Shown in pieces: positions 10,867-21,352 of a stretch of 64,000 bases of DNA (position 1 is the stretch's first letter; each line of letters starts with the position of its first letter). The notes beneath the pieces were generated by a model. That model had not been told where the DNA came from. It saw only the letters and a list, made by a program, of their open reading frames with translations, and searched no databases. This DNA is from Gammaproteobacteria bacterium (lineage in GTDB: Bacteria > Pseudomonadota > Gammaproteobacteria > Eutrophobiales > Eutrophobiaceae). Position numbers and translations under genes: made by a program. Location of the stretch: contig JAURPG010000097.1 of assembly GCA_030835405.1 (NCBI GenBank), positions 8,479 through 72,478 of the forward strand, read 5' to 3'.

Positions 10867-13428
10867 ATGCATCAAATCGCATTAGACCTATTATTACTGC
10901 TCTCTGGAGTATGGATTGTCGCTGTTACCCTGCGTCCCCTGGGCCTGCCCACGGTGATGGGGGAGTTGATTGTAGGTGTACTCCTAGGACCTGCGGTTTT
11001 TGGCCTCATTACCCCCAACGACGCAATACAATTATTGGCGGAACTGGGTATCTTTTTCCTGATGTTCCATGCTGGAATCGAAACCCAGCCGGTCGAGTTT
11101 TATGATTCATTAAAAAAATCATTTGGCGTGGCCGTGGTAGGTGCATTAGGTCCGTTCATTGTCAGTTTTGGTGTTGCCAAGCTATTTGGCCTGGATACCA
11201 CCGGTGCCATCTTTATTGGCCTGACTATGGCCGCGACCGCTGTAGTCATTACCCTGAAAACACTGAAAGATCTTGGGCTGGCAAATACCCGGATAGCGAG
11301 AATATTTCTTGCCAGTTGCGTGATAGACAACCTGATTACGCTGATCTTTTTTGGTCTGGTGATAGGTGTGCTAACGGGAGGGACCTTCGAACCTGTCAGC
11401 ATAATCATTAGCCTGGCTAAGGTGACCGGCTTTTTTGTTGTTGCCATGGTTATGGGCAGGTTCATATATCCCCGTTTAACAATGCCGTTCCGGTCCAAGG
11501 GTGGTAAAGGCTTTACATTTGTGCTGATGGTGGCATTTGGGTTTGGTTTATTTGCTGAGGCCATTGGGTTACATATGATTATCGGTGCCTATCTGGCAGG
11601 CCTGTTCTTTGAAGCAAAAGTTGCTCATCCCAACCTGGTGAGGATTGTTAAAGACCGGACCTATGGGATTGCCTATTCTTTTCTGGGGCCAATATTTTTT
11701 ATTTCCCTTGGATTTTCAATTACCTTTGATATCAGTCTATCAGGATTGGGTTTTATTATCCTGCTGACTATAGCACTCATCATTGGTCAGATTGTCAGTG
11801 CCGGGAGTATGGCATTGCGTATAGGCTTACCGTTTCGGGAGGCATTAACAGTCGGAGTAGGGCTTTGCAGCCGGGCTGAGATGTCATTTATTATTGCGTC
11901 TTTGGCCCTGGCTCAGGGCGCAATCGACCAAACGATTTTTTCATCATTGATCCTGACTGCATTTGTATTGAACATATTTACCCCACTGGGCCTGAAAGGC
12001 TGTGCGGTTTTACTTGCAGGCAAGGCGGCCAGGGACATCAATGCCACCAGTGGTGTCCTGCAACTGGATACCTTTGATGAACCCTTGATTGACGAAAGTA
12101 TAGAGGGTGAATTGCTCAGGTCTTTGCCTGATCTAACTGATACGATAGTCATCTTTGGTCATGGCCCGGAGGTGGATTCCTTTATCGATGAACTGGCGAG
12201 TCGAAATATTTCCTTTGTTATTGTTGTGGATAATGAAGATCAGGGTCGTAAACTATCAGGTAGACACTATCATACGGTCTACGCATCATTATCAGATGAA
12301 CACGATCTGGATCTTTCTCCGGTTGTTGAGGCCAGGGCCATCGTCGCCAATGCCCGGGATGAAGATGATGCAACGCTAGCCATGCGTGCCCGCGAACTGG
12401 GTTTTAACGGGCCGCTAATCGCACTTATCGATAATCCTAACCGCCGGGCACCCATGCAAATGGCTGGAGCAACAACCGCATTTACCCCAAACCATGTCCT
12501 GGCAGCAGTGGCAGCGGTTAGGGCCAGTGACAAGATTGGACCTCGTATTACTGGGGTCCAACCGTTAAAACACCATCTTGAAATTGCTGAGATCCGTATT
12601 CATAACAACAGCCCGTTAAACAACAAGACACCCACCGACCCTATCTGGAAAAATACAGGCGCACATATTGTCGCGCAATGGAAAAACAATGCATTATTAC
12701 CAGGACCTGGCACAGGGGAATACTTCAAGATTGGAATGATACTCGTTGCTGCCGGGACACCAGACAGCATCAGACGTATCAGTGAAATATCCCATCCCAT
12801 TACCAAGCAGGGCCCTATTGTTGTGGTCGGGTATGGTGATGTGGGTAATAAACTGGTGGAGATGTTACAGGCAGCGGGTGAAACAGTCTGTGTTGTAGCC
12901 AGCGAGGAGGTCGATGGAGTCGATGTGGTTGGTGACATACTTGATACTGATGTGTATGACCATGCCGACGTGTTGGATGCAAGGGTTGTGATACTAACTT
13001 GTGAAGATGATAATACCTCGGTACTGGCGTCTACTGTGATTAGGAACTATGCACCGGATGTCCCAATTATTGCCTGTACCCAATTAGAGGAAAGCGTAGG
13101 TCGTAGCCAGCAGGCCGGTGTGGATTTTGCAGTATCCGTCAGCGAGGTGTCTGGTCAGTTACTTGCCCACCATATTCTGGGTGATATGGTTTCACAGCAG
13201 ACGCATGTGAAGTTGGTAAGATTGGCAGCAGGTAATCTTGCAGAATCTCACCCGTCTCAAACTAAAATTCATGACAGGACGTGTTGTACTATCATTGGTA
13301 TTGTGAGAAAAGACACCGTTATTATTGATTTTCCTGAATCATTTAAAATTGAAGAGTCTGATGATATCTATATCTGTGGTCTGACTGGTTCCTTCGACTC
13401 CCTGTATCGGGAGATTGGGATAAATTGA
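10867..13428 (+). CDS. Cation:proton antiporter (CPA2-like) fused to tandem TrkA-N/TrkA-C (RCK) domains
   Basis: About 12 TM helices with GELIVGVLLGP and SCVIDN motifs, then two Rossmann-like RCK motifs (IVIFGHGPEV, VVVGYGDVG), each followed by a TrkA-C-like segment. Confidence 0.82.
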   Translation: MHQIALDLLLLLSGVWIVAVTLRPLGLPTVMGELIVGVLLGPAVFGLITPNDAIQLLAELGIFFLMFHAGIETQPVEFYDSLKKSFGVAVVGALGPFIVSFGVAKLFGLDTTGAIFIGLTMAATAVVITLKTLKDLGLANTRIARIFLASCVIDNLITLIFFGLVIGVLTGGTFEPVSIIISLAKVTGFFVVAMVMGRFIYPRLTMPFRSKGGKGFTFVLMVAFGFGLFAEAIGLHMIIGAYLAGLFFEAKVAHPNLVRIVKDRTYGIAYSFLGPIFFISLGFSITFDISLSGLGFIILLTIALIIGQIVSAGSMALRIGLPFREALTVGVGLCSRAEMSFIIASLALAQGAIDQTIFSSLILTAFVLNIFTPLGLKGCAVLLAGKAARDINATSGVLQLDTFDEPLIDESIEGELLRSLPDLTDTIVIFGHGPEVDSFIDELASRNISFVIVVDNEDQGRKLSGRHYHTVYASLSDEHDLDLSPVVEARAIVANARDEDDATLAMRARELGFNGPLIALIDNPNRRAPMQMAGATTAFTPNHVLAAVAAVRASDKIGPRITGVQPLKHHLEIAEIRIHNNSPLNNKTPTDPIWKNTGAHIVAQWKNNALLPGPGTGEYFKIGMILVAAGTPDSIRRISEISHPITKQGPIVVVGYGDVGNKLVEMLQAAGETVCVVASEEVDGVDVVGDILDTDVYDHADVLDARVVILTCEDDNTSVLASTVIRNYAPDVPIIACTQLEESVGRSQQAGVDFAVSVSEVSGQLLAHHILGDMVSQQTHVKLVRLAAGNLAESHPSQTKIHDRTCCTIIGIVRKDTVIIDFPESFKIEESDDIYICGLTGSFDSLYREIGIN

Positions 13429-13433
13429 GATCC

Positions 13434-14096
13434 TTAAAGTTTGAGGACTTTAATTAACCAGTCAGAAATATCCGCTATCTCTTCAGCGCTGACGCTATGT
13501 TGAATAGGATAGGTCAGGTATTCAGGGTGATACCCCAGGTATTCAATCGCTTCAACTGCTTTTTTTCCCAGGGGCTCCGGCACCACCATATCATGTGTAC
13601 CATGGCAGATAATTATAGGTAACGACTGGTTTGCCTGATGGGGCTTGATGGTTTCAGAGGTGGCAAGATAGGTAGACAGTGCCATTAATCCTGCCAGTGG
13701 CTCAGGGTAGGTCAGGGCCACCTGGTAGGCAACTGCACCACCTTGTGAGAAACCGGCAATGACGATGCGTTCTGATTTTACTCCGCGCTCAATTTCACGT
13801 TGAATAAGTTTATTAATCTCAACAGATGATTTCATAATTTGATCATGATCAATGTGCCTGTCCATTGTCATGTCGATAATGTCGTACCAGGCGGGCATGA
13901 CCATGCCGCCATTAATTGTGACAGGAATAGAGGGTGCATGTGGAAATACAAATCGGACACCGGCTGAGGCTGGGAGCCTCAGCTCTGGCACAATCGGTTC
14001 AAAATCATGACCGTCCGCCCCAAGGCCGTGTAACCAGATGACACTGGAATCGATATGGTGAGATGTTTCAACTTCTACTGCGGGTAAATATTCCAT
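13434..14096 (-). CDS. Carboxylesterase/phospholipase (alpha/beta hydrolase)
   Basis: WLHGLGADG, GFSQGG nucleophile elbow, HGTHD and catalytic His in QHSV. Confidence 0.92.
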   Translation of the reverse strand: MEYLPAVEVETSHHIDSSVIWLHGLGADGHDFEPIVPELRLPASAGVRFVFPHAPSIPVTINGGMVMPAWYDIIDMTMDRHIDHDQIMKSSVEINKLIQREIERGVKSERIVIAGFSQGGAVAYQVALTYPEPLAGLMALSTYLATSETIKPHQANQSLPIIICHGTHDMVVPEPLGKKAVEAIEYLGYHPEYLTYPIQHSVSAEEIADISDWLIKVLKL

Positions 14097-14152
14097 TTGT
14101 AAACAAGTTCCTGGTATTTTAATGGTTAATCAATGCTACACTTTTAATTATC

Positions 14153-14890
14153 ATGAATGAAAACGCACAGGATATCAGACAAAGCCCCGTGACGGTATTT
14201 CGGACCCTGGGATTGACCAAGACCTATGAGATGGGAGATGTAAAGGTCCATGCCTTGCGCAGAGTTGATTCTGAATTATATTCAGGTGAACTGGTAGTGT
14301 TATTGGGTGCTTCCGGGAGTGGTAAGTCTACCTATATGAACATCCTGGGAGGTCTGGATAGACCGACCACGGGTGAGGTGTATTATGAAGAACATGATCT
14401 CACCAATGCTACAGAATCTGAACTAACAGAGTATCGAAGAGAGCATGTGGGATTTGTGTTCCAGTTTTACAACCTGATTCCCAGTCTAACAGCCCTGGAA
14501 AATGTCTCAATCGTCACTGAGATTTCAGAAGATCCCCTGGATCCCAAAGATGCCCTGGGGTTAGTCAATCTGACACAACGCATGGATCACTTTCCTTCAG
14601 AATTGTCAGGTGGTGAACAACAGCGGGTAGCAATTGCCCGGGCCATCGCCAAGAATCCTACTGTTTTATTGTGTGATGAACCCACCGGTGCACTGGACTC
14701 TGAAACCGGAAGCCTGGTGTTGTCCGCCATAGAACAAATCAATAGAGAACTAAATACAACGACAGCGGTTATCACCCACAATATTGCCATTAGTAGAATG
14801 GCAGATCGAATCATTCATCTGGCCGATGGGGTAATAACAGATGTAGAGGTGAATACGAATAAAGTTCACGTAAAAGACATTAAATGGTGA
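14153..14890 (+). CDS. ABC transporter ATP-binding protein (MacB/LolD type)
   Basis: Walker A GASGSGKS, signature LSGGEQQRV, Walker B LLCDEPTG. Confidence 0.93.
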   Translation: MNENAQDIRQSPVTVFRTLGLTKTYEMGDVKVHALRRVDSELYSGELVVLLGASGSGKSTYMNILGGLDRPTTGEVYYEEHDLTNATESELTEYRREHVGFVFQFYNLIPSLTALENVSIVTEISEDPLDPKDALGLVNLTQRMDHFPSELSGGEQQRVAIARAIAKNPTVLLCDEPTGALDSETGSLVLSAIEQINRELNTTTAVITHNIAISRMADRIIHLADGVITDVEVNTNKVHVKDIKW

Positions 14891-14894
14891 GCAT

Positions 14895-17258
14895 TTGAGG
14901 GCTATTAACCGAAAACTTTATCGTGATTTACAGGATACCTGGGGTCAGGCCCTGGCGATCATTCTTGTTATTGCTGCGGGGACATCCACATTTGTTATGT
15001 CTATCTCTACCTATGACACCCTCGTACAAACCCGCGATGCATATTACCGTGATTATCGATTTGAAGACATATTTGCGTCCTTAAACCGCGCACCGGAAAG
15101 TCTGCGGGAGGTTATCGAGTCTATTGAAGGTATTAACAAGGTTGAGACCCGTGTCGTTGCCTCAGCCAAGTTGACCGTGGCAGATTTTCCGGAGCCTGTA
15201 TTGGGGGAGGTTGTATCCATTCCTGATTTTGGTGAGCCGACGGTAAACCGTTTATATCTTTTACAGGGAAGGTATCCAGACCCGGTCAGGGATGATGAAG
15301 TCATATTAAACCAGGTGTTTGCTAATGCCCATAATCTTGTTCCCGGTGACAGCTTTGAAATGATTATCAAGGGTCGACTTGAAACTATGCGGGTAGTAGG
15401 AATTGCCCTGTCACCAGAATATATCTATCAGGTTGCGCCCGGGGCGATCATGCCGGATTTTAAACGTTTTGGTGTTATATGGATGTCCCGAGATGCAGTA
15501 GGTAAGGCATTTGATATGGATAATGCTTTCAATAATGTGGTAATGACCTTACAACCCGGCGTAAACCCCAAAGACATAATTGAAAGGCTGGATTTACTTC
15601 TGGAACCCTATGGTGGTCGTGATGCACAGGAGCGGGAATGGCAGGTTTCTCATCGTATATTTAAAAGTGACATTGACCAGTTAGAACAGATGGCCGGCAT
15701 GTTCTCCAGCATTTTCCTGGGGGTTGCCGCATTTCTTCTCAATATTGTCGTGTCCCGGTTAATCAATACGCAACGGGAGATTATCGCGGCACTGAAGGCG
15801 TTCGGGTATAGCAATATCGATATCGGGTTACATTATCTTGGTTATGTAGGAGTTATTATTACCATCGGCTTATTATTGGGGATTGCCGGTGGTATTTGGC
15901 TGGGCATAGCCTTAAGTAATCTATATATGGAATTTTACAGGTTACCCTATATGGAATTTGAGTTTCGCCTGAGTATTATTACTATTGCCGTAATGATCAC
16001 CTTTCTGGCAGCTTCAGTGGGGACCTTGTTTGCAGTCAATCGCGCCGTCAAGTTACCACCTGCCCAGGCAATGAAACCAGAACCACCTGCAAAATTCAGA
16101 AAGACCCTGATTGAAAAGCTCAAGGTTTTTAGCCTCTTGCCTCAGATGGCCAGAATGGTAATACGCCACCTTTCAAGAAAACCGGTTAAGGCCAGTTTGT
16201 CAATTGCAGGCATTGCACTGGCCTGTTCCATTCTTGTGGTCGGTTCCTTCTTCCGTGATGCCCTGGAGTTTCTCATAGACATTGAATTTGGTCTGGCACA
16301 ACGGGAAGACATGACCATAGTTTTTACTGAGCCCAGTTCAAGGAATGCTTATTATAATATATTGAATCTTGAGGGAGTCGATTATGGAGAAGTATATCGC
16401 TCCGTACCGGTTCGTCTGGTCAATGGTCATAGGACATATCTCACGGGTATCAATGGTTATCAAGAACAAAGAGACCTGCATCGACCTCTTGATACCAACC
16501 ATGAACCAATTGATATTCCAACACAGGGTATATTACTGACAGATTACCTGGGGGAATTACTGGATGTAGAAGTTGGCGATATAGTAAATGTGGAAGTTCT
16601 TGAGGGCAGGCGACCGGTTGATCAGCTGAGGGTAGCCGGGCTGGTTAACCAGTATTTTGGTATCGGCGCCTATATGGATATCAATAGTTTGAATCGTATG
16701 ATGCGGGAAGATGATGTAATCTCCGGAGTTTATCTGAAGATAGATCCAGCTTATGAACAACAGATCTATCATCAGCTGAAAGATATGCCCAGGGTAGCTA
16801 ATTTTGAAACAAACCGTCATATCGTTCAGGCATTTAATGATACCTCCGCAGAAATGGTCTATATCTTTGTTGGGTTTATTTTTGGTCTTGCAGTAATTAT
16901 TACTTTTGGTGTGGTATATAACACTGCACGTATTGCGCTGTCAGAACGTGGCCGGGATATGGCAAGCCTCAGGGTACTCGGATTTACCCGTGGAGAGATA
17001 TCTTATATCCTGCTGGGGGAATTGGTAGTATTAACCTTGATTGCTATACCTGTAGGGATGATCATTGGCAGGTTACTTTCCTGGTATATGATCCAGGAGA
17101 TCCCTAAAGAGATCTTCCGAGTGCCTTTAATTATCGAAAATTCAACCTACGCGATTTCAGCAACTGTTGTCATTATTGCATCAATATTGTCCGGTCTGGT
17201 GGTGAGAAACCGGCTCGATCATCTGGATTTGATTGGTGTATTAAAGACAAGGGAGTAA
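14895..17258 (+). CDS. ABC transporter permease (two FtsX/MacB-type halves)
   Basis: TTG start; QREIIAALKAFGYS and ERGRDMASLRVLGF FtsX motifs; large periplasmic domains. Confidence 0.88.
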   Translation: MRAINRKLYRDLQDTWGQALAIILVIAAGTSTFVMSISTYDTLVQTRDAYYRDYRFEDIFASLNRAPESLREVIESIEGINKVETRVVASAKLTVADFPEPVLGEVVSIPDFGEPTVNRLYLLQGRYPDPVRDDEVILNQVFANAHNLVPGDSFEMIIKGRLETMRVVGIALSPEYIYQVAPGAIMPDFKRFGVIWMSRDAVGKAFDMDNAFNNVVMTLQPGVNPKDIIERLDLLLEPYGGRDAQEREWQVSHRIFKSDIDQLEQMAGMFSSIFLGVAAFLLNIVVSRLINTQREIIAALKAFGYSNIDIGLHYLGYVGVIITIGLLLGIAGGIWLGIALSNLYMEFYRLPYMEFEFRLSIITIAVMITFLAASVGTLFAVNRAVKLPPAQAMKPEPPAKFRKTLIEKLKVFSLLPQMARMVIRHLSRKPVKASLSIAGIALACSILVVGSFFRDALEFLIDIEFGLAQREDMTIVFTEPSSRNAYYNILNLEGVDYGEVYRSVPVRLVNGHRTYLTGINGYQEQRDLHRPLDTNHEPIDIPTQGILLTDYLGELLDVEVGDIVNVEVLEGRRPVDQLRVAGLVNQYFGIGAYMDINSLNRMMREDDVISGVYLKIDPAYEQQIYHQLKDMPRVANFETNRHIVQAFNDTSAEMVYIFVGFIFGLAVIITFGVVYNTARIALSERGRDMASLRVLGFTRGEISYILLGELVVLTLIAIPVGMIIGRLLSWYMIQEIPKEIFRVPLIIENSTYAISATVVIIASILSGLVVRNRLDHLDLIGVLKTRE

Positions 17259-17260
17259 TC

Positions 17261-18457
17261 ATGTACTTAATTAAAAAGCATCCTGTTTTGGTTTTTTCCA
17301 GCCTGGTGATAATTATCATCATTGGAATTGGTTTCATACCACGGCCGGTCCTGGTAGATACGGTAGTTGTCAGCCGTGATTCATTGGTTGTTACCATTGA
17401 AGAGGAAGGTAAGACCCGAATTATTGATCATTATGTTCTGTCAGCACCGGTGGATGGCTATGCCCGTCGAATTGATTTGGATGTTGGCGACCCGGTAAAT
17501 ATGGGACAGGAGATCGTCAGTCTTGAACCATTGCGTTCCAATGTGCTGGATCCCAGAAGTCGGGCCGAGGCCGAGGCCAAGGTTTCAGCTTCAGTAGCGG
17601 CATTAAATGCTGCAGAGCGAGATGTCCGTGCTGCTGAGGCGGATGCACAATATGCTACAGAGGAAGCCGAAAGGCTAAAACGACTATTTGATACCGGTGC
17701 TATTCCATTGGATCGCCTGCAGCAAAGTGAGGCAGCAGCAAGACGGACAACGGCAAGACTGGAATCGGCCAGGTACTCGGTACAGATCGCAGAATATGAA
17801 AAAATTTCTGCAGAAGCTGTACTAAAATATTCTACCGGTGAATCTGCAGAGGAAAATCTCGAGACAGTTTATATCAAGGCACCGGTGAGTGGGCAGGTAT
17901 TGAAAATCCATCATGAGAGTGAAGGAGTTGTCTATAAAGGTGAAACTCTAATTGATATTGGTGATCCACTGTCTCTGGAGGTAGTTGTAGAAGTCCTGTC
18001 ACGCGACGCGGTGAGGATTAGTCCCGGGACCAAAGTCATGTTATCACGTTGGGGTGGTGAGGAAATTCTGGACGGGGTTGTACGAACAGTAGAACCTGTG
18101 GGATTTACCAAAATTTCGGCATTAGGGGTTGAGGAACAGCGGGTATTTGTCATTGTTGATATCACTACACCGAAAGACAGATGGATGCGGTTGGGAGATA
18201 GTTATCGAATTGAGACTGCATTTGTACTTTGGGAAGAAGAAAATGTTTTGCAGGTACCATCAAGTGCACTGTTTAGGATCAATGATGATTGGGCCTTATA
18301 TGCCATGGTGGACGAAGTTGCTGAACTGAGGATGGTAGAAACCGGGAAAAAGAGTGGCTTAATGACCCAGGTATTATCGGGGATTGATGAGGGAGACGTT
18401 ATCATTAACCATCCAGGGGATAATCTGGATGAGGGTAGTCGGGTCCGCTCCAGGTAA
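17261..18457 (+). CDS. Efflux membrane fusion protein (HlyD/MacA family)
   Basis: N-terminal TM helix, lipoyl halves (LSAPVDG, IKAPVSG), coiled-coil hairpin, KISALGVEEQRV. Confidence 0.88.
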   Translation: MYLIKKHPVLVFSSLVIIIIIGIGFIPRPVLVDTVVVSRDSLVVTIEEEGKTRIIDHYVLSAPVDGYARRIDLDVGDPVNMGQEIVSLEPLRSNVLDPRSRAEAEAKVSASVAALNAAERDVRAAEADAQYATEEAERLKRLFDTGAIPLDRLQQSEAAARRTTARLESARYSVQIAEYEKISAEAVLKYSTGESAEENLETVYIKAPVSGQVLKIHHESEGVVYKGETLIDIGDPLSLEVVVEVLSRDAVRISPGTKVMLSRWGGEEILDGVVRTVEPVGFTKISALGVEEQRVFVIVDITTPKDRWMRLGDSYRIETAFVLWEEENVLQVPSSALFRINDDWALYAMVDEVAELRMVETGKKSGLMTQVLSGIDEGDVIINHPGDNLDEGSRVRSR

Positions 18458-18508
18458 AAGGCTGTATAAATCACTGTTCGGGATAGACACTATTTAGCGT
18501 ATGATGCA

Positions 18509-19288
18509 GTGAGTATGGGAAAGATATCTCAATTCGTAAGATCTCATCTACGTTTAATCACCGTATTTTTGTTCCTGTCCTTTTTAGCCATTACAGCCTA
18601 CTCTCAGGGTTACCGGGGCAGTAGTTATGGCAGATATATTATTCCCCAGCATGCACCACCAAAAACGGAACTGGTGGTTGCCCGTTGGCGTTTTGGTACA
18701 AATGGCTGGTTTGGACATCGTGGCTGGTCCCATAATTATCCGGAGTCAGACCAGAATCTGAATGAATTTATTCACCGTACTACAGGTATAAATGTCGATG
18801 TCATGTCTTACCAGATTGTAGATCTCGCCAGTGATGAGATTTTTGAATACCCATTTGCTTATGTATCAGAGCCGGGAGAAATGGAATTGACCCTGCAAGA
18901 AGTCAGAAATTTGCATGAATATGTCGCCAGGGGAGGTTTCATACTAATGGATGATTTTGATGGTCCTGCGCAGATAGGTAATATGAAAAATCATGTACGC
19001 AGGGCATTCTCTGACAGAAATTTTATTGCACTGGATACTTCACACCCGCTGTTCAAGGTACATTTCAACCTTGAAGATTTAAACGGCATGGCACCATATG
19101 TGCCCGGGGGAGACATCAGTTATCATGGTATCTTAAATAACGAAGGCAACGTTGGCATTGCAGCTGGGTTTAATAATGACCTGGCCAATTTCTGGGAGTG
19201 GTATTATCAGGGATGGATGCCATTAAAACCCTCAACTGATGCATTTCGGTTGGGGGTAAATGCTGTAGTGTATTCCATGACCCACTAG
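18509..19288 (+). CDS. DUF4159 domain-containing exported protein
   Basis: Signal-like N terminus; WSHNYP, YPFAYVSEPG, EYVARGGFILMDDF and GVNAVVYSMTH motifs. Exact start is uncertain. Confidence 0.75.
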   Translation: MSMGKISQFVRSHLRLITVFLFLSFLAITAYSQGYRGSSYGRYIIPQHAPPKTELVVARWRFGTNGWFGHRGWSHNYPESDQNLNEFIHRTTGINVDVMSYQIVDLASDEIFEYPFAYVSEPGEMELTLQEVRNLHEYVARGGFILMDDFDGPAQIGNMKNHVRRAFSDRNFIALDTSHPLFKVHFNLEDLNGMAPYVPGGDISYHGILNNEGNVGIAAGFNNDLANFWEWYYQGWMPLKPSTDAFRLGVNAVVYSMTH

Positions 19289-19628
19289 AACCAATATCAA
19301 AATTGATATTTCAGCTTTCTGCTTCATTATCGCCTTTTGTCCTGGCACATAACCCAGTACACCTCAATTAATATGACTTAATTATAAATATTGTAAGGAG
19401 TTCCAGGTGTAACTTTAAGTGTAATTTAATATAATACCGCTCTGATATGGATGTAAACTACTGACCGGATGTATACTATAATTTCCTACCCGCGTTAGAT
19501 AATGCATTATTAATAAGAAATCCATTTGCATCTGGTTGGTATGATTTAAAAATGTGTTCGCAAAACATTAAATAACACCACCAGAACCAGCCCGGGAGAA
19601 TCAGGTGTTTAAAAGAGGATATGGACAA

Positions 19629-21347
19629 GTGAAAAAATTACTGACACTGGCAGGATTGCTATTGTTATCGATTCAGGTGAATGCCATTGTCATGGTTGTT
19701 GAAACGCCATTGGGTGACTTTCAAATTGATTTACTTGAAGATGAAGCCCCTAACACTGTTAATAATTTTATCAGCTATATCAATGATGGCAGTTTTGAAA
19801 ATTCTTTTGTCCATCGAAGCTCAACCGGGTTTGTTATTCAGGCGGGGTCATATACCTTGGTTGACGAGACTCTGGAAGAGATAGAGAAAAAGGACCCTGT
19901 TGTGAATGAGTTCGGTCGTTCCAATATCAGGGGCACGGTTTCAATGGCCAAGGTAGGTGGTGATCCCAATAGTGCCACCAGTTCCTGGTTTATCAATATG
20001 GCAGATAATTCAGAAAATCTGGATAATCAGAATGGTGGTTTTACGGTATTCGGTGTCGTCCTCGGTGATGGGATGGACATTGTCGATGAAATCCATGCCT
20101 TATCTCTATTTGATGCCTCAGAGACTTCAGGAGCCGATTTTACTGAGCTCCCCTTGATAGATTATTCAGGGACCGGTGTGATCACCGCAGAGCACCTGGT
20201 CTTTACCCAGATAAGTCTTCCCGATGATTTGAATGAAATTACCGATCTTGCCATTACCAAATCGGTAAATATCACTGCACCTGCCCCGAATAATTCCGTC
20301 GAGTTTACTGTGACGGTATCAAATGATGGGACTGATGACGCAAATAGTATTGAGATTACTGATCCATTACCGGAAGGTATGGAGGTTCCCACGGGTATGG
20401 CGCCATTCACCAGTCTTGGTAGCTATGATACTGATACCGGTGTCTGGTCTATTGACACCTTATCGGCAGGTTCAAATGCCACCTTAAACCTGCCGGCGAT
20501 TCCCCAGCAATTTGCCGACCCAGAATGTTTCGTAAACACAGCAGCGCTTTCTGACTTTGCCGGAGTGGATACAAATTTCGATAATAATAGTGCGAACTCT
20601 ACAGTATATGTAGGTGGTATCTCTACATGTTCAAACCTGAGACTTAGTGTTTCCACAGATACATTCTTTGAGGCACGATGTTCAACAAGCTTCTCAGATG
20701 CTTTTGATTTTTTTGTGGAGGTAACAAATGATGGTCCGGATACGGCAGAAAACGTGGTGGTTACCATATCGGGTAGCCTGGATAGTACAGCCCAGGACGA
20801 TATTGTCATTGATTTTGGGGAAATATTAGCCGATGCATCTAAGAGCCAGTTAAGAAGTTGGACGCTGGCGTGTAACAGGCCAGATAGTGTCGCAACTTAT
20901 TCAGTTGTTACGACAAGTGATAGTAATGTATCAACAGGTAGTGTTCTCTCTGTTACGGGTGAAGATGATGTGCCGGACAATCCACCGACAGATGATACAA
21001 GTGATAACCCTACACCTGATAACAATAACAATGGTGGCGGTGGTGGGTTATGTTTTATTGCCACGGCAGCATATGGTTCTTATATGCACCCTCATGTGAA
21101 AGAATTAAGAGACTTTCGTGACGATGTATTACTGCATACAGAAATAGGCAGGCGTTTTGTTGCCTTGTATTACCAGTATTCGCCACCTGTTGCAGATATA
21201 ATCGCTGATAATGTAGTGCTGAAAAGTATTACCCGGATATTGTTGACACCTGTGGTCTATGCTGTCATTTACCCGCTTGCTGCGTCATTTATTATACTGT
21301 TGTTAATGGGCGCACTGGTATTTAGGCATACACGCAAAGCCAGGTAA
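19629..21347 (+). CDS. Exported cyclophilin-type peptidyl-prolyl isomerase with DUF11 domain and C-terminal CFI-box-CTERM domain
   Basis: GTG start at 19629 gives a signal peptide (ORF open from 19605). Cyclophilin motifs APNTVNNF, HRSSTGFVIQAG, NSATSSWFIN, GFTVFG; DUF11 motif DLAITKSV...FTVTVSNDG; D/N/P-rich linker; GGGGLCFIATAAYGS...LRDFRD...YYQYSPPVAD and a terminal TM helix with basic tail. Confidence 0.82.
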   Translation: MKKLLTLAGLLLLSIQVNAIVMVVETPLGDFQIDLLEDEAPNTVNNFISYINDGSFENSFVHRSSTGFVIQAGSYTLVDETLEEIEKKDPVVNEFGRSNIRGTVSMAKVGGDPNSATSSWFINMADNSENLDNQNGGFTVFGVVLGDGMDIVDEIHALSLFDASETSGADFTELPLIDYSGTGVITAEHLVFTQISLPDDLNEITDLAITKSVNITAPAPNNSVEFTVTVSNDGTDDANSIEITDPLPEGMEVPTGMAPFTSLGSYDTDTGVWSIDTLSAGSNATLNLPAIPQQFADPECFVNTAALSDFAGVDTNFDNNSANSTVYVGGISTCSNLRLSVSTDTFFEARCSTSFSDAFDFFVEVTNDGPDTAENVVVTISGSLDSTAQDDIVIDFGEILADASKSQLRSWTLACNRPDSVATYSVVTTSDSNVSTGSVLSVTGEDDVPDNPPTDDTSDNPTPDNNNNGGGGGLCFIATAAYGSYMHPHVKELRDFRDDVLLHTEIGRRFVALYYQYSPPVADIIADNVVLKSITRILLTPVVYAVIYPLAASFIILLLMGALVFRHTRKAR

Positions 21348-21352
21348 ATGTC

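Noticed and set aside
19293..19310. Palindrome AATATCAA-AA-TTGATATT after the DUF4159 gene
   Set aside because: AT-rich, orientation does not match the FNR consensus, and no regulator can be assigned; could be chance or a weak terminator.
19531..19584. Imperfect long hairpin upstream of the cyclophilin gene as a riboswitch
   Set aside because: AT-rich pairing with several bulges and no riboswitch consensus I can recognise; it would need a cmscan hit.
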